A DNA stretch of 64,000 nt. Origin: the human T2T-CHM13v2.0 reference genome, Homo sapiens. A program made the translations under genes and the position numbers. The notes below the pieces were generated by a model that saw only the letters and a program-made list of their open reading frames with translations, ran no database searches and had not been told where the DNA came from. The DNA lies in the NCBI RefSeq assembly GCF_009914755.1, contig NC_060925.1. One strand, written 5' to 3'. The first letter of the stretch is position 1. Every line of letters begins with the position of its first letter. Below are positions 43,215-59,272 of this stretch, one piece after another.

Positions 43215-46200
43215 AGGGAAAATATCTTGAACTATTTTGTTGTCTGGGTATTGGACTTTCTGAACTAGCCCTCTGGCTTTCTTTTCTTTTCAATAATATT
43301 TTCCATCTTGTGTTTTTACTCTATCCTGGGTGATTTTCAACTCTTTTATTACGTTTTGTTTTCTGAATGTTGTTTCTTTTTTTTGTTTTTTGTTTTTGGC
43401 ATTCTGGTTTTTTTTTTTTTTGTAATATCTTTTCTTCTCTCATTCCTTTGAGAAAAGATATTAGTATCTTTCCACATCTCTGTGAGAATATTAATGATAG
43501 TTCTTTTAAAAAATGTTTTTTCTTCCTGCATAGTCTCCATTTTTTCTAAGTTGCTTTACCACCCTGTTTACATGTTTGTTTGATTTGGTTTATATGTATC
43601 ATGATAGAGGCTTTCTTTGATATCTGATGGCCCTTGAGTGTCTGTTCATATTTACTGGCTATGGGAGCACCAGTGACCTGATTGGTGAGGCTCTGAGAGT
43701 GAGGGTTTGGGTTGCAGCTGAGACATATCTTTGGGGAACTCCTTGGCATCAGTAGCTTTGGATCTTTCCTCTTGTGTTTGTCAGAGGCTCCAGGAAGTTT
43801 TCCATTCTCCTGTCTGGGATGTTTAGTGCTAGCTGCATATGTCCTGGGAACTAGTGAGAGAACAGGCTAAGGATCTCAGCATTCAACTGATGTTCTGTTT
43901 TCAGAATTATGCACCTGTCCTAAGCAGACGCTGATGTCTGGCAGTCTAGTGATTCTTACATCCTTCAGTGACTAGATCTCTGGTCATTTTTCTGCATTTG
44001 GGAAGGGACAGTTACCTATGGTATGGGAGGAGGAACAAGTAGGAGGTGGGTGGAAATGTGGAGATTAACTGTTTCTTAAAATGACCTGCAATCAATTATT
44101 TCATTTTTAACTTTAACTTTACCTTCACTTCCTAGAGGTTCCTCCTGCCAGTTCTAAGCTTTTGGGAGATTTTAAAATTAAAGGTCTGTTTTTGTTTGTT
44201 TGTTTGTTTGTTTTAGCTTTCCCCAGTACAGGATTAGGATTCAGCCTTCTACAGTTCTTCTAAGTCAGTTACTGCTCTTCCATATGTTTTTAAGCTTCCA
44301 ATGTTTTACCATTACTGATCTGTCCTGCACCTCTTTATTCTTGTGAAAAAATTTTCTTTGCTCCCATTTTAGTGGGGTTTCAGAAAGGCATAACAGTAAA
44401 TGATAAAATAATCCTTTGTATGCATCCAGAAGTAGCATGCATTTTTTCTGATTCTCCTTCAGTGAGTAAGTATGGTTCTTCAGTAAGTGTGGCCCTATGG
44501 TTCCACCAATAGTGCTCTCCAGAGGTCTTGGTTCAGGTACCACAGAAAAAAGGCCTTCTTTCTTTTCCTCTTTGTTATGGTTTAAATCAAAACTTCTATT
44601 TGACCAATTGAAAAAATTCCTCTGGACAGCTTGGCATGGAGCACGGATTTATAAATCTGATTTCTTGTTCCTTTAGGGATTTCTTTTACTTTTTTGTGAG
44701 CTCAGCTTTGTATTTAAAAGGATGGATGTCTCTCAGGACTGGCAATGGTTACTTAGGCAGATAATGTCATATTTATCCATTCATTTTACAAGCAGTATTT
44801 AACCCTATATATACCCTGTGCTTGAAGGTATGGAGAGATATGTCCCTGTTGTACATGTGCCCAAGAGGACTAGAGAATTGAACAGAATAAAGCAGATTTG
44901 AGCAGTGTCCCTAATTGAGCACAAGAGGGTCGCCAACCCAAGGTGTTGGAGAGAACCACGAAGTAACATATAAGGAAGGGCACGCCCACAGGTTATGGTC
45001 AAAGGAGGCTTGGAAACATGGCAGGAATTGGATCACTGGAAGGAGACATTTTAATTTGACACACACACAAAATGGAGAGTTAATGTTTCCTGAACCTGAA
45101 GCTGTTATGATCAAATAGTGTTTCACCAGAGAATTTTGAGAGCTTTATATATTGACCATGAGACAAGGAGGGACAGGGATGACTAGAGATAGAGAAACCA
45201 GCTAGGAACAACCACAATAGTCCATGGACCAACTGTGGCTTTCACACTCATTTTTTTTTTCTTTTTGGGAGAAAGATAATTTATAAAGGTCTCAACTATT
45301 TCAAATGTGTGTGTTGGTTTTTTTTTAATTTGATTTAGGATTCAAACTTTACTTCAATATCAGAGGACTCTGAAGTTCTCTTAGAAACATTATCTAGAGT
45401 CATTTGCTTGCCAAATATTTCTAAGTAGCAACAACAAAAACAATTAAATTCTTTGTAGTTAAAAGGCCTTTCTAGATGTGAAAAAGAACATTTGCTCATA
45501 ATACCATTTAATTCTACTTTCAGTCTGTGACCTCAGGCATCCTGAGACATCCAAATCCAATTTATTCTGGAAAATGTTTTAGATTTCAAAATTTCAGATA
45601 ACTAGAGCCTATATTTCATTTTTTTAAAATTTGCATACTCTTTTAAAGTTTAACACAAGAAAATCAAAGAAGCCATAATTACTGTAAATAAAAAAATAAA
45701 AATGCATTTTTTAAAACCCCAAGAAATTTCCCCAAATTTCACTAAAACACTGTCATTAATCTATGTATTAATCCATAAAGATTTCTGAAAGGTATAAAGG
45801 ATTTAAAATGTCAATTACATTTAATTCTCATTAGTTCTAATTAGTGAGTACAGACAAATACTACCTTCAAAAATACCATTTTTTAATATCCAATACAAAT
45901 TAGGTTGTCTTTTTACCGGCTTATACATTTTTTTTTATTTATTATCCTTTCTCAAAACGCTTTTTCACTCTCAACCTTCTTTTTAGTGATTGGGTTTTTG
46001 TTCATATACTTTCTTCACAGGCTTTTCCACTTTTTTAGAAAGCATTTTCACTTAACAATGTGGAGAAGATGACAATGATAACACACAGGTTTAAACAACA
46101 CAACAAGCAATGCAAGCAAAATAGAAGCCATCTTACAGGCAAAGCAGCTAGATCCAACTACAGGGCACCCTATACCCTCCTGCCCAAACTTGTGTTCAAA

Positions 46201-47251
46201 TTATAAGTTTTCACTGGCCCCAGCATGCAGATATTTTATAGCAGGTTTTCAATTAGGGTACTGCATGTGGGATAAAAATGGACGCAAGCCATTACAGGGA
46301 ATATTTGCAGAGTGAGAATTCAGGTAGTAAGGGTTATCTATATTGTGCTCTGTGCGTCCACTGTCTTCTCTAAAAAAAACTAGGTGAAAAAAATTTTAAT
46401 TAACAAAATATATACAAACAAAATACAAAAACACAAAAAGGAAGACAAATTATTATATTTATTTTCTTATGGTTTGCATTCTTTCTTCTGATCAGACAAC
46501 AAATCCCTTTGTGGAAGTGACCTCATTTTACAATTCAGTCCAACAAATGATGCTGGCCGCCCACGTGGTGCCAGGCACAGCGCCAGGCACTGGAGGCAGG
46601 GAGCTACTTATGACGCAGATGGAGCACCAAGGCTGAGCTTGTCAGCTTGCTCCGGAAAATGTTTGTTTCCTCCCAGTTTCCATGTCTGGATGCCTTGTAT
46701 CTGCCGCTAGGTAACTGGGTTATTTCTCCACAGCACTCCCCTCTCCAAACAAAAGCTTTCCCCAACCATAACCAGCAAGACAAAATAGCAATCTGGTCAT
46801 TTATGTTGATATTCACCCAAAACGTGGTCATTAAAATAAGAGCATCAATTTTTACGTCGCTATTAATTACTTATCATTGTTTATAATGCTTATATATTTT
46901 AGAGCGAAATATAAAGAAATAAAAACAGGGAAGTGCAAACTGAGTATCTACCTCCCATTAAACTTCAACTTTAGTTCTAACCATTTCTTTATCTAACCCC
47001 GTTTTTCTTATTTTGTAAAAACAACCTTTAAAGTGTCCAGTGCCACAAAATCCTAGCTTTTCAGAGTTTCAGAAACTAGAGTCTCTTTCTCTCTCTGCTT
47101 CAGGGCTTCTGATAGTTCTTGGGTCAAAAGCCTGTAGTTATTTACGTATACTTACTAGAGAAAGGGCATTCTATTTTACTGTTTGCTGCCATGAATAGAC
47201 TCTGACGCATTTTAACTGGCCGGCTAGACTTTCAGAGGAAATCTGGCTTTA

Positions 47252-47992
<741 letters not shown>

Positions 47993-48184
47993 CCTCCTTG
48001 CCTTTTAAAGCCCTTAAGTGCAGTATTTATTGAGGAGGCAATTTGTATATATATATGTATATATATACAGACTCCCCATACCAGTGATCCCTAGAAATAT
48101 ATCACGTCACATTTGTCATTTAAAACTTAATAGTAGCCACATTTTAAACAGTTACCAAAAAAGGGTGAGAAGGGGGATGGTAGG

Positions 48185-48512
48185 GACTGGGCGAGGTGGC
48201 TCACCCCTGTAATCCCAGCACTTTGGGAGGCCGAAGTAGGTGGATCACTTAAGGTCAGGAGTTCGAGACCAGCCTGGCCAACACAGCAAAACCCTGTCTC
48301 TGCTAAAAATACAAAAATTCTCCTGGCTGGTGGCGTGCACCTGTAATTCCAGCTACTGAGATACAGAAGGCTGAGGTGAAAGAATCACTTGAACCTGGGA
48401 GGTGGAAGTTGCAGTGAGCCAAAATCACTGCCACTGCACTCCAGCCTGGGTGACTCTGTCTCAGAGTCTTAGCGTGAAACCCTTTCTTAAAAAAAAAAAA
48501 AAAAAAAAAAAA
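48185..48512 (+). mobile_element. Alu inside the Charlie end
   Basis: Dimer with an altered 3' end and a long A tail. Confidence 0.9.
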
Positions 48513-50779
48513 GGTAAAAAAAGGACAAATTAATTTTAATAATATAACTTTATATAACTTAATACACTTAAAATACTGTATTTCAATATGCAATCAATCT
48601 AAAAAATATTGAGATATTTTAGATTTATTTCTCCTTACTAAATGTACTTTACACTTAGAGCTCACCAAATGCAGAAGCTCAATTTTTACAGGAAATAATT
48701 GAGTTGAAGTGTATGATTTTATAAAATTTACAGTTGGAAAACTATATTCACATACATAAGGTGTTCCAAATATACTTAAAATGTTTTCCGTTAAATGAAA
48801 AAACATTCTCCTTTAATATTTGCGTCCATATGTACAAAACTGGTCCAGCTTTTTTTCTTTTAACCATAATTGCTTTAAAGTCAATTTAAAGCAAAAGCTA
48901 TCAGTTTCAAAACTATCAAAGTTAATTTATTAACTCTTGTGCGAACTCGGCATTATTAATATTGACTCAAAATGATATTCATAGATTGAAAAGCAACTGT
49001 TTATAAGTATCCACAATGAGTTCTTTACACTTTTTCTTGCGGTTTTGGTAGCCAATTTAAGTAATGCTATCCATTACAATTACAATCTTCTGCATATTGA
49101 CTCATATAAGAAAATGATAAAGATTGTTATTATTGATTAAATTATGAAAAGTTTTAATTTCATTTTAAAATCTTGTATCTGTCCAGAGAGGCCACAGATA
49201 AGCATTACCTTTCCTTGGAGTTTCAAGTTTAGCTTATTTATATGCAGTGTGATATCACTGTGAAAACTTAAATCACATCGCCATCTTTTGTCTTTGATTT
49301 TTGAATATTTGGCAATTTTTCTTTATTTTCAAAAAATATTGGATTGGAATTAACAGTACAGTAAATCTTCGTAAAATTCTTTCACGACTCAACCAAAGAG
49401 CACTGTCAAAGAAGGCATGAGGTCATTGAACTCATTGTCTTCTATTTCTTTCAACAGTTCTATAAACTTGTGATGATTCATTGCACCTGCATGTATGCAC
49501 TGAATGATTTTAACAATGTATCCAGGACACATTTCATGGAGTTTGTTTCAGAAAATGAGCATAAATATTTTTAAGATGTATCATACAGTGAAACAAAGAA
49601 GTAAAGAAAATATCAGTCCCTTTAGAAAAATTCCAGTAAGTCCGATTTTTAGCTTAACATAGATGGAAAACTGTTTGTTGTGTTAGAAGCTAATTTTTTA
49701 ATAACTAGCTGAAATTCTTCAACAGATGTAAAATATTGAAAAATACTCATGCCATGAGTTTAATATTTTAGGCCACGAATAGACAATAATTATTAGTAAA
49801 TTAATAAGTTGTTAGGGACAAAATATACCCAAAGCATTAATTTGGCAGTGTATTTTATATCTCATGATTTATCAAAAGCTAAAAACAACAACCACAAAAT
49901 TTGCAGTTTTTTAGATTTTGAATCAGCTGATCTCTGTTGTAGTTAAAGAGATCTGGTATTTTATAAGCAATTTTTTGGTGGCTTAGTTGAATTTCTTACT
50001 TTTGTGAAATATCTTTTTTGTCTTTATCTCATAATTTTCTTAAAAAATTATATAACTGAAATAGTTTCTTTTATTATCCTTCCATGTAAAAAATGTGTGT
50101 GTGTGTATGTATATGTAAGAACCAAAGCAAAATTATATTTGGCCAAAGTGACAAGCTGGGACCTGTAAAAAGTCTTAATTTTTTCTTAGATATGTAATTC
50201 TAATTTCAGGTAATACATTCCATTGGTTCTTTTTTGAATGTTGAGAGAAAATTTATCAAATTCACTATGTAGTTGCCAAAAAATCTCAATATTTTTGTAC
50301 TTTATTATACTTAAATAAATTTTATACAACAGCTTTCTCATTTTGCGCATTAGCAAATTGCAGTGCTATTCATTGTGAAATTTGCAATATACTTTTTCCA
50401 GTCTCTCTTTCTTTCTTTTTTTTCAGTTCCCATCATAGTACTAGCTTCTGCACCTCCATGCAATTCTGCATCAGTAACATGTCTTAATTTGAATTTTAAA
50501 ATTTATCCATACTTTTTTTTAACCAGACAAATAATTTAAATGTTACAATTACAGTAATAATATTTTCATTTCATTACCGGCTATGATTTATATAGTGTCA
50601 CTCTAACTTTTTGTGTCTACATAAAATATTCAAATAAGCATATTATAATGTTACATCACTATATAGCAAACAATTATTTAAACTGGATCAATACGTGGAC
50701 ATCAACTAAATTAATGATGCATTTACATCTAATACTAGAAACAATGCATGTGCTCTACATATACAGTATAATACAATAA

Positions 50780-51071
<292 letters not shown>

Positions 51072-52374
51072 AAATGTTAACCTACAAAGGGATCAAGCTA
51101 TGTTATTGGAAAACTCTTTTACACAGTTTCAGCTTTTAAATGTAAATTAATTACAATTATGTAAAATAAAAAATTTAGTACCACAATGGAACTATCCATA
51201 TTTCAAGTGCTCAATAGCCATATGGTAGCTAGTGTTTACCATATTGGATACTGCAGCTTCTAATTATGTGGTAACTGGACCTGGTAGACACCTAGCTCAG
51301 TCCCTCAGTCAGGGATTTTGATTCCATTTCCTTGAGTGAATATTTAAAAACACACATGAACAGATATTTTAAAAATATGATTAAGCTATTATTTATCGTG
51401 ACTCCTCTAAATAAGGATGTAATAAAATCACAATGTAAACTAAGAATAAAAAAAATCTCAACTTGCAGAAATCTAGCTTTCATACTTTCCACATTATTTT
51501 TTATAACATAGTATATTGAATAAGATTTCCATGTAAACCATTAAGCACAATGTCTGGAACATAAGAAGTCACATGCTTGTTTGTTTTTTCACTATGTCAT
51601 CTGATTGCTAATGATTTTGAGCCAAAAAAGGTGGTGGCTGTTGTCCATTTGTTGATGCTGCTGGGGATGAGGGGATTGATGCTGCCCCGGGAGATTGATG
51701 GTTGAGAGCCAAGACTGGACTTCTAAGACAGCAGATGTCTCCACCCTCAACCTCTCCCCCAACCCATAAACCCATCTCCTGACTGCCAGGGTGTCTGGGG
51801 CTTGCTCACCACATGGGCTTAGCATCTTAAGCTGGTGTCTTCCTGCTAGGCCCCCTCTTCTCTGACCATATATATAGAGAAAGCTGGCCACTGAGTGGAG
51901 GGCCTTGCTCAAGGGCAAGCTTGTGGGGAAGAGCAGACTAAGCCTTCATTCAGTGTTTTTTTCAGAAGTAAGGAAGGGAGATCTCCTTCCTCTGCCCCCA
52001 ATCCCTGTGTATCAGAATGTCCTGCAGAGGGTCAGGGAAGGGACTGCATAGCTTTACTCCCCTGGTCCTAAGGATTACCTTAGGACCTTACCTTAAGGAG
52101 AAGCCTCGAGCCCTTCTCCCATAATCGCAGCGGTTTCTACCCTGGCTAGTTGTGCCTATTAAAGATTTTTATATGCTCTAGGTTACTGAAGTTTGAGTAA
52201 GGCAGTCTCTACAGGAAGCAAAATTAAGGATTTTCCAATATTTTGCATTTGGGGAGGATACCTCATCCCACCTTAAAATTGGTAAGTGTACTATTCAACT
52301 TTTGAATACTGGACTTCTAAACATTGTCAGGATACAGTGTTATCATAAATGAGGAAAAGGAAGTTTTAAGAGTA

Positions 52375-52590
52375 AACATCGGTATTTATTGAGAGCTTAC
52401 CATATCCTAAATATCTCATTAATCCTCAAAGCAAAATTTATTGAGGTTGCTTTTATCTCCAGTTTGGGGATGATGAACCAGAGGCAGCAAGAAGATAAAT
52501 AACTTTCCCAAGGACATACAACTATAAAGGGTGGAGTGAAGATTCAAACCTAGGCAGTCTGACTCTAGATTTGAGTTCTTTGCTCTTACA
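52375..52590 (-). mobile_element. MIR (representative; other MIR fragments at about 9160-9400, 28970-29170, 31075-31260, 55960-56190, 57010-57200, 58220-58420, 60050-60200)
   Basis: MIR core phrases (GATTCAAACCTAGGCAGTCTGACTC; ACAGATGAGG(A)AACTGAGGCTC variants). Confidence 0.7.
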
Positions 52591-52596
52591 CACATG

Positions 52597-53937
52597 TGTG
52601 ACATGTATCTATATAAAATATCCCTAGCTTGGTGAAGTAGGAATAATAGTTTAATTATATGCTAGGCTCATGCCTATAATCCTAGCATTTTGGGAGGCCG
52701 AGGTGGGTGGAACGCTTGAGCCCAGGAGTTCGAGACCAGCCTGGGCAACATGGCGAAACCCTGTCTCTACAAAAATTACAAAAATTAGTAGGGCGTGGTG
52801 GCATGCACTGGTAGCCCCAGCTACTCGGGAGGCTGAGGAGGGAGGATCACTTGAGCCTGGGAGGTCACGGCTGCAGTGGACAGTGATCGTGGCACTGTGC
52901 TCCAGCCTGGACAACAGAGTGAGACTCTATCTGAAAACAAACAAACAAAATCCCTATTATTATTATTATTTTTACTTTTAAGCCTTTCTGAAAAGAAATC
53001 TTAAATATCTATACAGTGCTTTACTTACGTTTGCTTATAATGCTGATCCAATATTTTTGTTGTTGTTGCTATTGTTTAATTAATTTAACTTTCTTCAATT
53101 GAGGTTTAAAAATTGTCCTGTCTCCTACTTTAGAAAGGACTCAAGATTAAGACATAGGGCAAGATAAGATAATTAACAGTAAAGTTCTGCAGACTACATC
53201 TGAAGGAACAAGAGAGAGTGGCAATGAGGCGCTGAAATCAAACTGATTGGCACACGTGGGCAATAAACTGACTGTAAGCTTTCTGGCAGCCAAAGCAAAA
53301 ACTAAACATGTTGGATTGCATAGTTTTTGTTTCCTGACAATAAGATGGATAAAATTCAGCTGCAGACAACTTAAGTAGGAATTGATTGCATGAGGCTTTA
53401 ATAAAGGGAATTCAACAACAACATGGAAAATATTTAACCCAGGTTTTTATGAGACACAGAAGAGTCATTCAGATACTTGGTTGTCATATTGTTCTTAAAT
53501 AAGAGCAGATGCCCTTACATACTAACTTGATACTTGTTAAATCGTCTCTCTAAGGCTGTAAAAACATAATGCTGTGTTTTTTTTTAAGACCTAAAATCAT
53601 GATTAGAACTTGGAGATTCTCTGATGGGTAATTTATGTGCAATTCTCTCAAATACCAGATTCTTTAACAATCACTGGTCGCATGCTAAATACCTGTAAAT
53701 AATGAGCAAATCCTCTAAACAATACAGATTTTTCCGGTGTTTATGAGAGCTGTAAGCTTTAGATGTAAGATAGCAAAGAAATAAATATGTCATTGTGTGT
53801 TGGAATGTTAAGACCTCAACTTGTAATCCTGACCAGACAGACTGACCACTTCAGGTCCTACACCCATGTGATATGTATCTATATAAAACATCCCTAGCAG
53901 GGTGAAGTAGGAATAATAGTTTAATTATATGCTAGGC
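52597..53937 (+). repeat. Dispersed direct repeat, 71 bp x2 (52597-52667 and 53867-53937)
   Basis: 67/71 identical by manual alignment; offset 1270 bp. Confidence 0.93.
52665..52950 (+). mobile_element. Alu (AluJ-like) missing its first ~13 nt
   Basis: Begins at GGCTCATGCCTATAAT; AluJ-type GGAGGATCACTTGAGCC. Confidence 0.9.
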
Positions 53938-56299
53938 ACTGTTTGAAAATATTATCCACATTTTTCAGATGAGATAACAGAGGCTTAGAAAATTAGAAAG
54001 TTAAAGGTCCTATGCAAGCAGCCTGACTTCAATGCCACTGTTCTTCCCAGAGCACAATACTGATACCCAGAGAGGCCTAAGAATTCTAGTCCAAACTACT
54101 TGGGAAAATGTGACTTTAGTCTGACAAGTCATTGGGTTTGATGTTCCCACCTGTGTACACCTTCTCAAAGAGAACTTCTCTATTGTTCTGTTGGTGTTTT
54201 TCTGAAGAAGGCATCTATTAGATGCCACAAATAAGTAAAAGGGTGAAAAAGTAACTTAAATAGCAGAATAATTCAATTTAACTAGTTGCAGAAGATTGTC
54301 TGAAACTGCCCTTTTAAATGTGGGTGAATGATTACTTGTTTCTATGATTTAATTATGGCATAATTAACATTATTAATGTTCCTTCTGGCAATAGCTGAAC
54401 TACAAATTCAATTGCTCCTTAAGACCTCTCTTGACAAAGACAATAAAACAATGCTCCTGGTTCAAAGGAGAAAGGCTGGCCTTCCTGTTTCCTATGGCAG
54501 AGACACATGCACCAGCAAAATTAGTTTTCTTAGTACTAGAAAGATTTAAAAAGAAGCAGTGCTAGGTCAATGCCCCATGCAAGGCCATTTAAAGTTGGTT
54601 CTGTATCTGCTATGAGAATCTGACTAGTCTAACATTGCTGGTTTGTAGAGTTGCTAAAGAAACAGGAGGCTAGCCTGGGTCTGTATTATGTATTAAATGA
54701 TGTTATGTTACCAGGTGCCCTTGATGATTTCACAATGTGGAGGAAATGTATTCTTTAATAGAGCTTTGTTTCTATACAAAGCACTTTGTAGTAGTAGCAG
54801 TAGGAATAGAAAAGTGGGTGTAGATAGGAAGTCAAATTACTGGACTGAGGGACCATAATGATTGGGGGCTACGGAAAGAAACAAAAAGGACAGGGATTTT
54901 AAAATTCAGCAGCTCGGGTGATGCCGTAATCAGCAGCAGTAGGAAAGGTAAGAACCAGGTAGGTTTGGATGGTAGAGGGTAAGGAAACTTGTATATAAAT
55001 CTCTTTGAAAGTGGATGGTTGGGTTCAGCAAAGGTCCTAAAAAATTAACAGACACCCTGCCTTCCTTGTTTGGGACCTATGCCGTCCGTTACTATTCCCT
55101 ATTAATATTGACACAATATCAAGAGTTCCCTAACAGTCTGATAAAGGTCTGAAGGAGGCAAAAGAGCTGACACTGCCATCTCAAAACCTGATCCAATTTA
55201 TAGAACCAATACCAGGTTATCCATCCATCTATTCTTCCATCCATTCAGGTTCATTCATACTCAACTAACAGGTGTTTATATGAGCCAGGCACTGCAGGCT
55301 AGATACTGGGGATGAAATGGCTAATAGTGCAAGTTGCTTATAGTCTTATTGGAGAGACACATGAAAATGGGCAGTAACACCAGTATGCAATGATGGGGAA
55401 TAGAAGACAGAGCATTATGCAAGCACATAGGAGCATCTAACTCAGCTCAGGTAAGTCAGAGAAACCTGCCTGGAAGAGGTGATGTCCAAGTGAAGACCCA
55501 AAGGATGGAGAAGGGATGGCCAGGTGAAGTGGTGAGGTAGGAGCCTTCCAGGCAGAGCTGTAAGCAGTCAGCAAGGTTGGAGCATAAAGGGTGAGGTGAG
55601 GTGTAGTGATAGTTTGGATGAAAGAGGTAAACAGGCAAGATCATAAAGCACCTTGCCTTATTCAACTGTTTGGACTTGATTCTAAGAGCAGTGTGTGCTG
55701 TTTACTAAAGGATTAGATCCATATCTCTCCCTTAAGTTGGAAGGATGGTGTGGGCTTGGGTAGAGCTTCGAGTACTTTGTTGTCTTATGATCATCTGGGG
55801 CTAGAGTCAGAGCATCAAGACCTTTGGATCATGTCAGTGGGAGCATCTTAGGAACTCAGAGTCAAGGGTGATAGGAAATTTGGCCCCGGCATCATTTGGC
55901 ACTCTATTGTCTGACTCCCTCTACCTTCCACTACCACTTGAGCATGCTTATCAAGGGATAACAATACCTACCTGTCTTTTGTAAGCACTTGCTTTGTACC
56001 AGACACAATGTAAGCATTTTACAGCTTCTTCTTGACAACTCTGTGTTGTAGGTATTATTATATCCATCTTACAGATGAGGCAACTAGGCTCAAAAACTTT
56101 GAGTACCTTGCCCCAGGTGACATGGTGGTAAGTGATAGAGGGAAGATCTGAACCCAAGCAAACTGATCCTAGAGCTCACGTTAATCACTGCAGGAAATAT
56201 AAAAATGCAAGTAGCGTTCATTTCTTTAATTTGGATGTTATATTGCAGGGAAAGAGTCTGAGATAGAACTACAAGATTTTTTTGTGGTTTTATAAATAT

Positions 56300-56886
56300 A
56301 ACCACATGTTTTATATGTGTAGAACATTAAATATGCCATTTAACAATTTTTAAGTGCAAAATTTAGTGGCATTAATGACATTCATACTGTTGTGCAGCTA
56401 TCGCCACTATATGTCTCCAAAACTTTTCCATCAGCCCAAACAGAAACTTGGTACCCATTAAGCAATAACTCCCTATTCTTCCTTCCCTAGCTCATGGTAA
56501 ACTCTACTTTCTGTCTCTATGAATTTGCCTACTCTAGATATCTCATGTAAATGGAATTGCACAATATTTATCCTTCTGTGTTTGGCTTCTTTGCCTCGAA
56601 CAATGTCATTAAGGTTTATTCGTGTGGTAGCATGTATCAGAACTTCCTTTATGTCTGAAACAGACTTCATTGTATGCACATACCACATTTTGTTTATTCA
56701 CTCATCTGTTGATGGACACGGGTATTTTCCACATTTTGGCTATTGTAAATAATGCTGTAATGAACACTGGTGTACACATATCTGCTTGAGTCCCTGCTTT
56801 CAAGTCTTTTGCGTAACTGCCTAGGAGTGGAATTGCTGGGTTATATGGCGATTCTGTGTGTAGCTTTTTGAGGAATCACCAAACTG
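56300..56886 (-). mobile_element. L1MB-type 3' end
   Basis: TTGCCTACTCTAGATATCTCATGTAAATGGAAT...CCTAGGAGTGGAATTGCTGGGT. Confidence 0.85.
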
Positions 56887-58644
56887 AATATTGGCAAAAC
56901 CACAAAACTTTAAAGATGGAAAGAATCCTGGAGAGAATTTTGTTAGCTCCTTTACTATACAACTGGGGAGATAATTAATTTTAAATTAATTATCATTTTT
57001 TGAGCTTTGACTATATATGGTAGCCATTTAATATACATTATCCTATTTAATCCTCTCCAAAAGCCTATGGTGTGTTCATTATCTTAGTTTTATAGATCAA
57101 GAAACTGAAGCTCAGAGAGGCTAGATAACATGCCCAGCATCTCCCAAATGGCAAATGGAGGAGCTGAGCTTTGTACTCAAGCCTGTCCCTATTGTCAAGT
57201 TAACTGAAGACCCTAAACGTGGATCTGCTCATGTTGGAAATGGTTCTTAGTTTTGTCCATCTGTAGATGGAGTACAAAACGTTGTGTACTTGTGAAAATG
57301 TTTAATTAGTTCTTTAAATATATTTGGCATTTTACTTTTTTTATTTGTGGGGTTTTTTTTTCATATTACCTGGGTTCACATTTTTAAAATGCACCTTCAT
57401 TGTCAGTGAATGATGGAAGACGCAGGAAACAAAACACTTTGTTGTTATTGGGTGTTGGTGCTGGTTTTCTCTTTTTTGAATTTTCTCCAAAGTATTTCTC
57501 TGTATAGCTACTGTAATCTGATGCTCAGTTAACATCCTCTTAATTGGAATGCTGTTGGTAGTTGGGAGAACTCATCTGACTTTTACATCTTTTTGTCCTC
57601 CTTGGGTGTGCTTATCATTCACCTCTTGTCTAATTTTCTTTGTTATTTTATAGATTGAATTTTCAAATGCTGCTTCATAGTGATGACAGCCTTTCTTTCC
57701 AAGGATTCCTTTCCTGTTTAAGACGTTTCACACACCATTGTTTAAGCACAAGCACATTTAATCTTGAGCCATTGATAACATCTCCTGCAAGACTTCTGCT
57801 TCTCCTCTGCTTTATGGGTGTTTGATTCCATTCATTCGTTTTGTGTAATGTCCTTATTACATAATGTATTCTGTTGTGGCTTCCTTTTTTCTTTTGCTCT
57901 CTAAGCAATTTAATTGGCCATTTGGGGGGTCATATTACTTTTTTTCTGCTTAGGATTTTAAACTCTATTCTTGATGAGGCTGAGAATTAGTCTAGCATGT
58001 TTCTCAGTCTGCTTTTTCATTTTTACTTGCATAATGAAAGCACACTCAAGAGGAGAACTAGCCCTTGCAGCTATTCCCCATTGCCTTCTCTAAGGGGCTC
58101 TACTTACTAATTTTTTCCTCTCTGTCGGGTTTCTAGGTTTTCAAACTGGGACTTTCACTGCCTCTGGCTCACCTGCTGCCCTGAGCATCTTGCTGGTTAT
58201 TCCGTCTGAATAAAAATAGTAGCTCACATTTATTTATTAATATATACAGGTGTCTATTTTATAAAGCACATTGAAATACATTATCTGACTTGAGTCTGAC
58301 TTAAATACAGTAAGTAAACATTATTATCTCTATCTTATAGATGAGGAACTAAGATGTAAGGAGGTGAAGTCATTTTCCCAAAACCAGACAAACTAAGTGG
58401 CAGATGCAGGATGTAGACCTTATATTTTTCTAATATTTTCTTATTTTTTTTTAACACTTGGGTATAGTCAAATTCTTTCTGGTTCCTAGTAATCAGATAG
58501 TGAGTTTTCAAAAAAAATGTATAAAGAAGCTAACGGAAAATAAAAAGGAAATAAATGTGGGAAAAAGCAAAGTATAAATCTAATGAAGATTGACACATTT
58601 CTAGCCCTAACTCTGAACCATGTATTTCTTCACTGATTTGAATT

Positions 58645-59272
58645 CACTTTCTTTTACTACATAAGAAATCACCACAAACTTAGAAGCTTAAAATAACACC
58701 CATTTGTCAGATTTGTCAGCTCACAGTTCTGTGGGCCAGGCAGGTTTTGAATCTGGCATGGCATAGCTGAGTTCCCTGCTCAGGGTATCATAAGGCTAAA
58801 ATGAAGTTGTTAACCAGGCAGGCCTCTTACCTGGAAGCTCTGAGGAAGACTCTACTTCAAGTCCATTCTTATTCTTGGAAAAACTCAGTTCCTTGTGGTT
58901 GTAGGACTGATATTCCTGTTTTCTTGCTGGCTGTCAGCTAGAGGCTGCTTTCAACTCCTAGAGCCACATAAATTTCTTAACAGGTGGTCCCCTCCATCTT
59001 CAAGCCAGCAGTGGAGCCTGAAATCCCTCTCATGCTTCAAATCTCCACTTCCTCTTCTGCAACAAGCTAGAAGAAACTCTCTGCTTTTGAAAGGCTCAGA
59101 TGATTAGGTCCAGCTCACCCAGATCATCTATCTTAAGGCTAACTGTGCCAAATTAATATAACCTAATGATGGGAGGAAAATCCATCATATTCATAGTCCT
59201 GGGGATTATGTAGGGTGTGTATACGGGGGTCAGTGTGGGAAGCGGGAGGAAACATCTTAGAATTCTGTCTTC
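58645..59272 (-). mobile_element. MaLR LTR (MLT1E/F-like)
   Basis: CACCACAAACTTAGAAGCTTAAAA...CATCTTAGAATTCTG. Confidence 0.75.
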
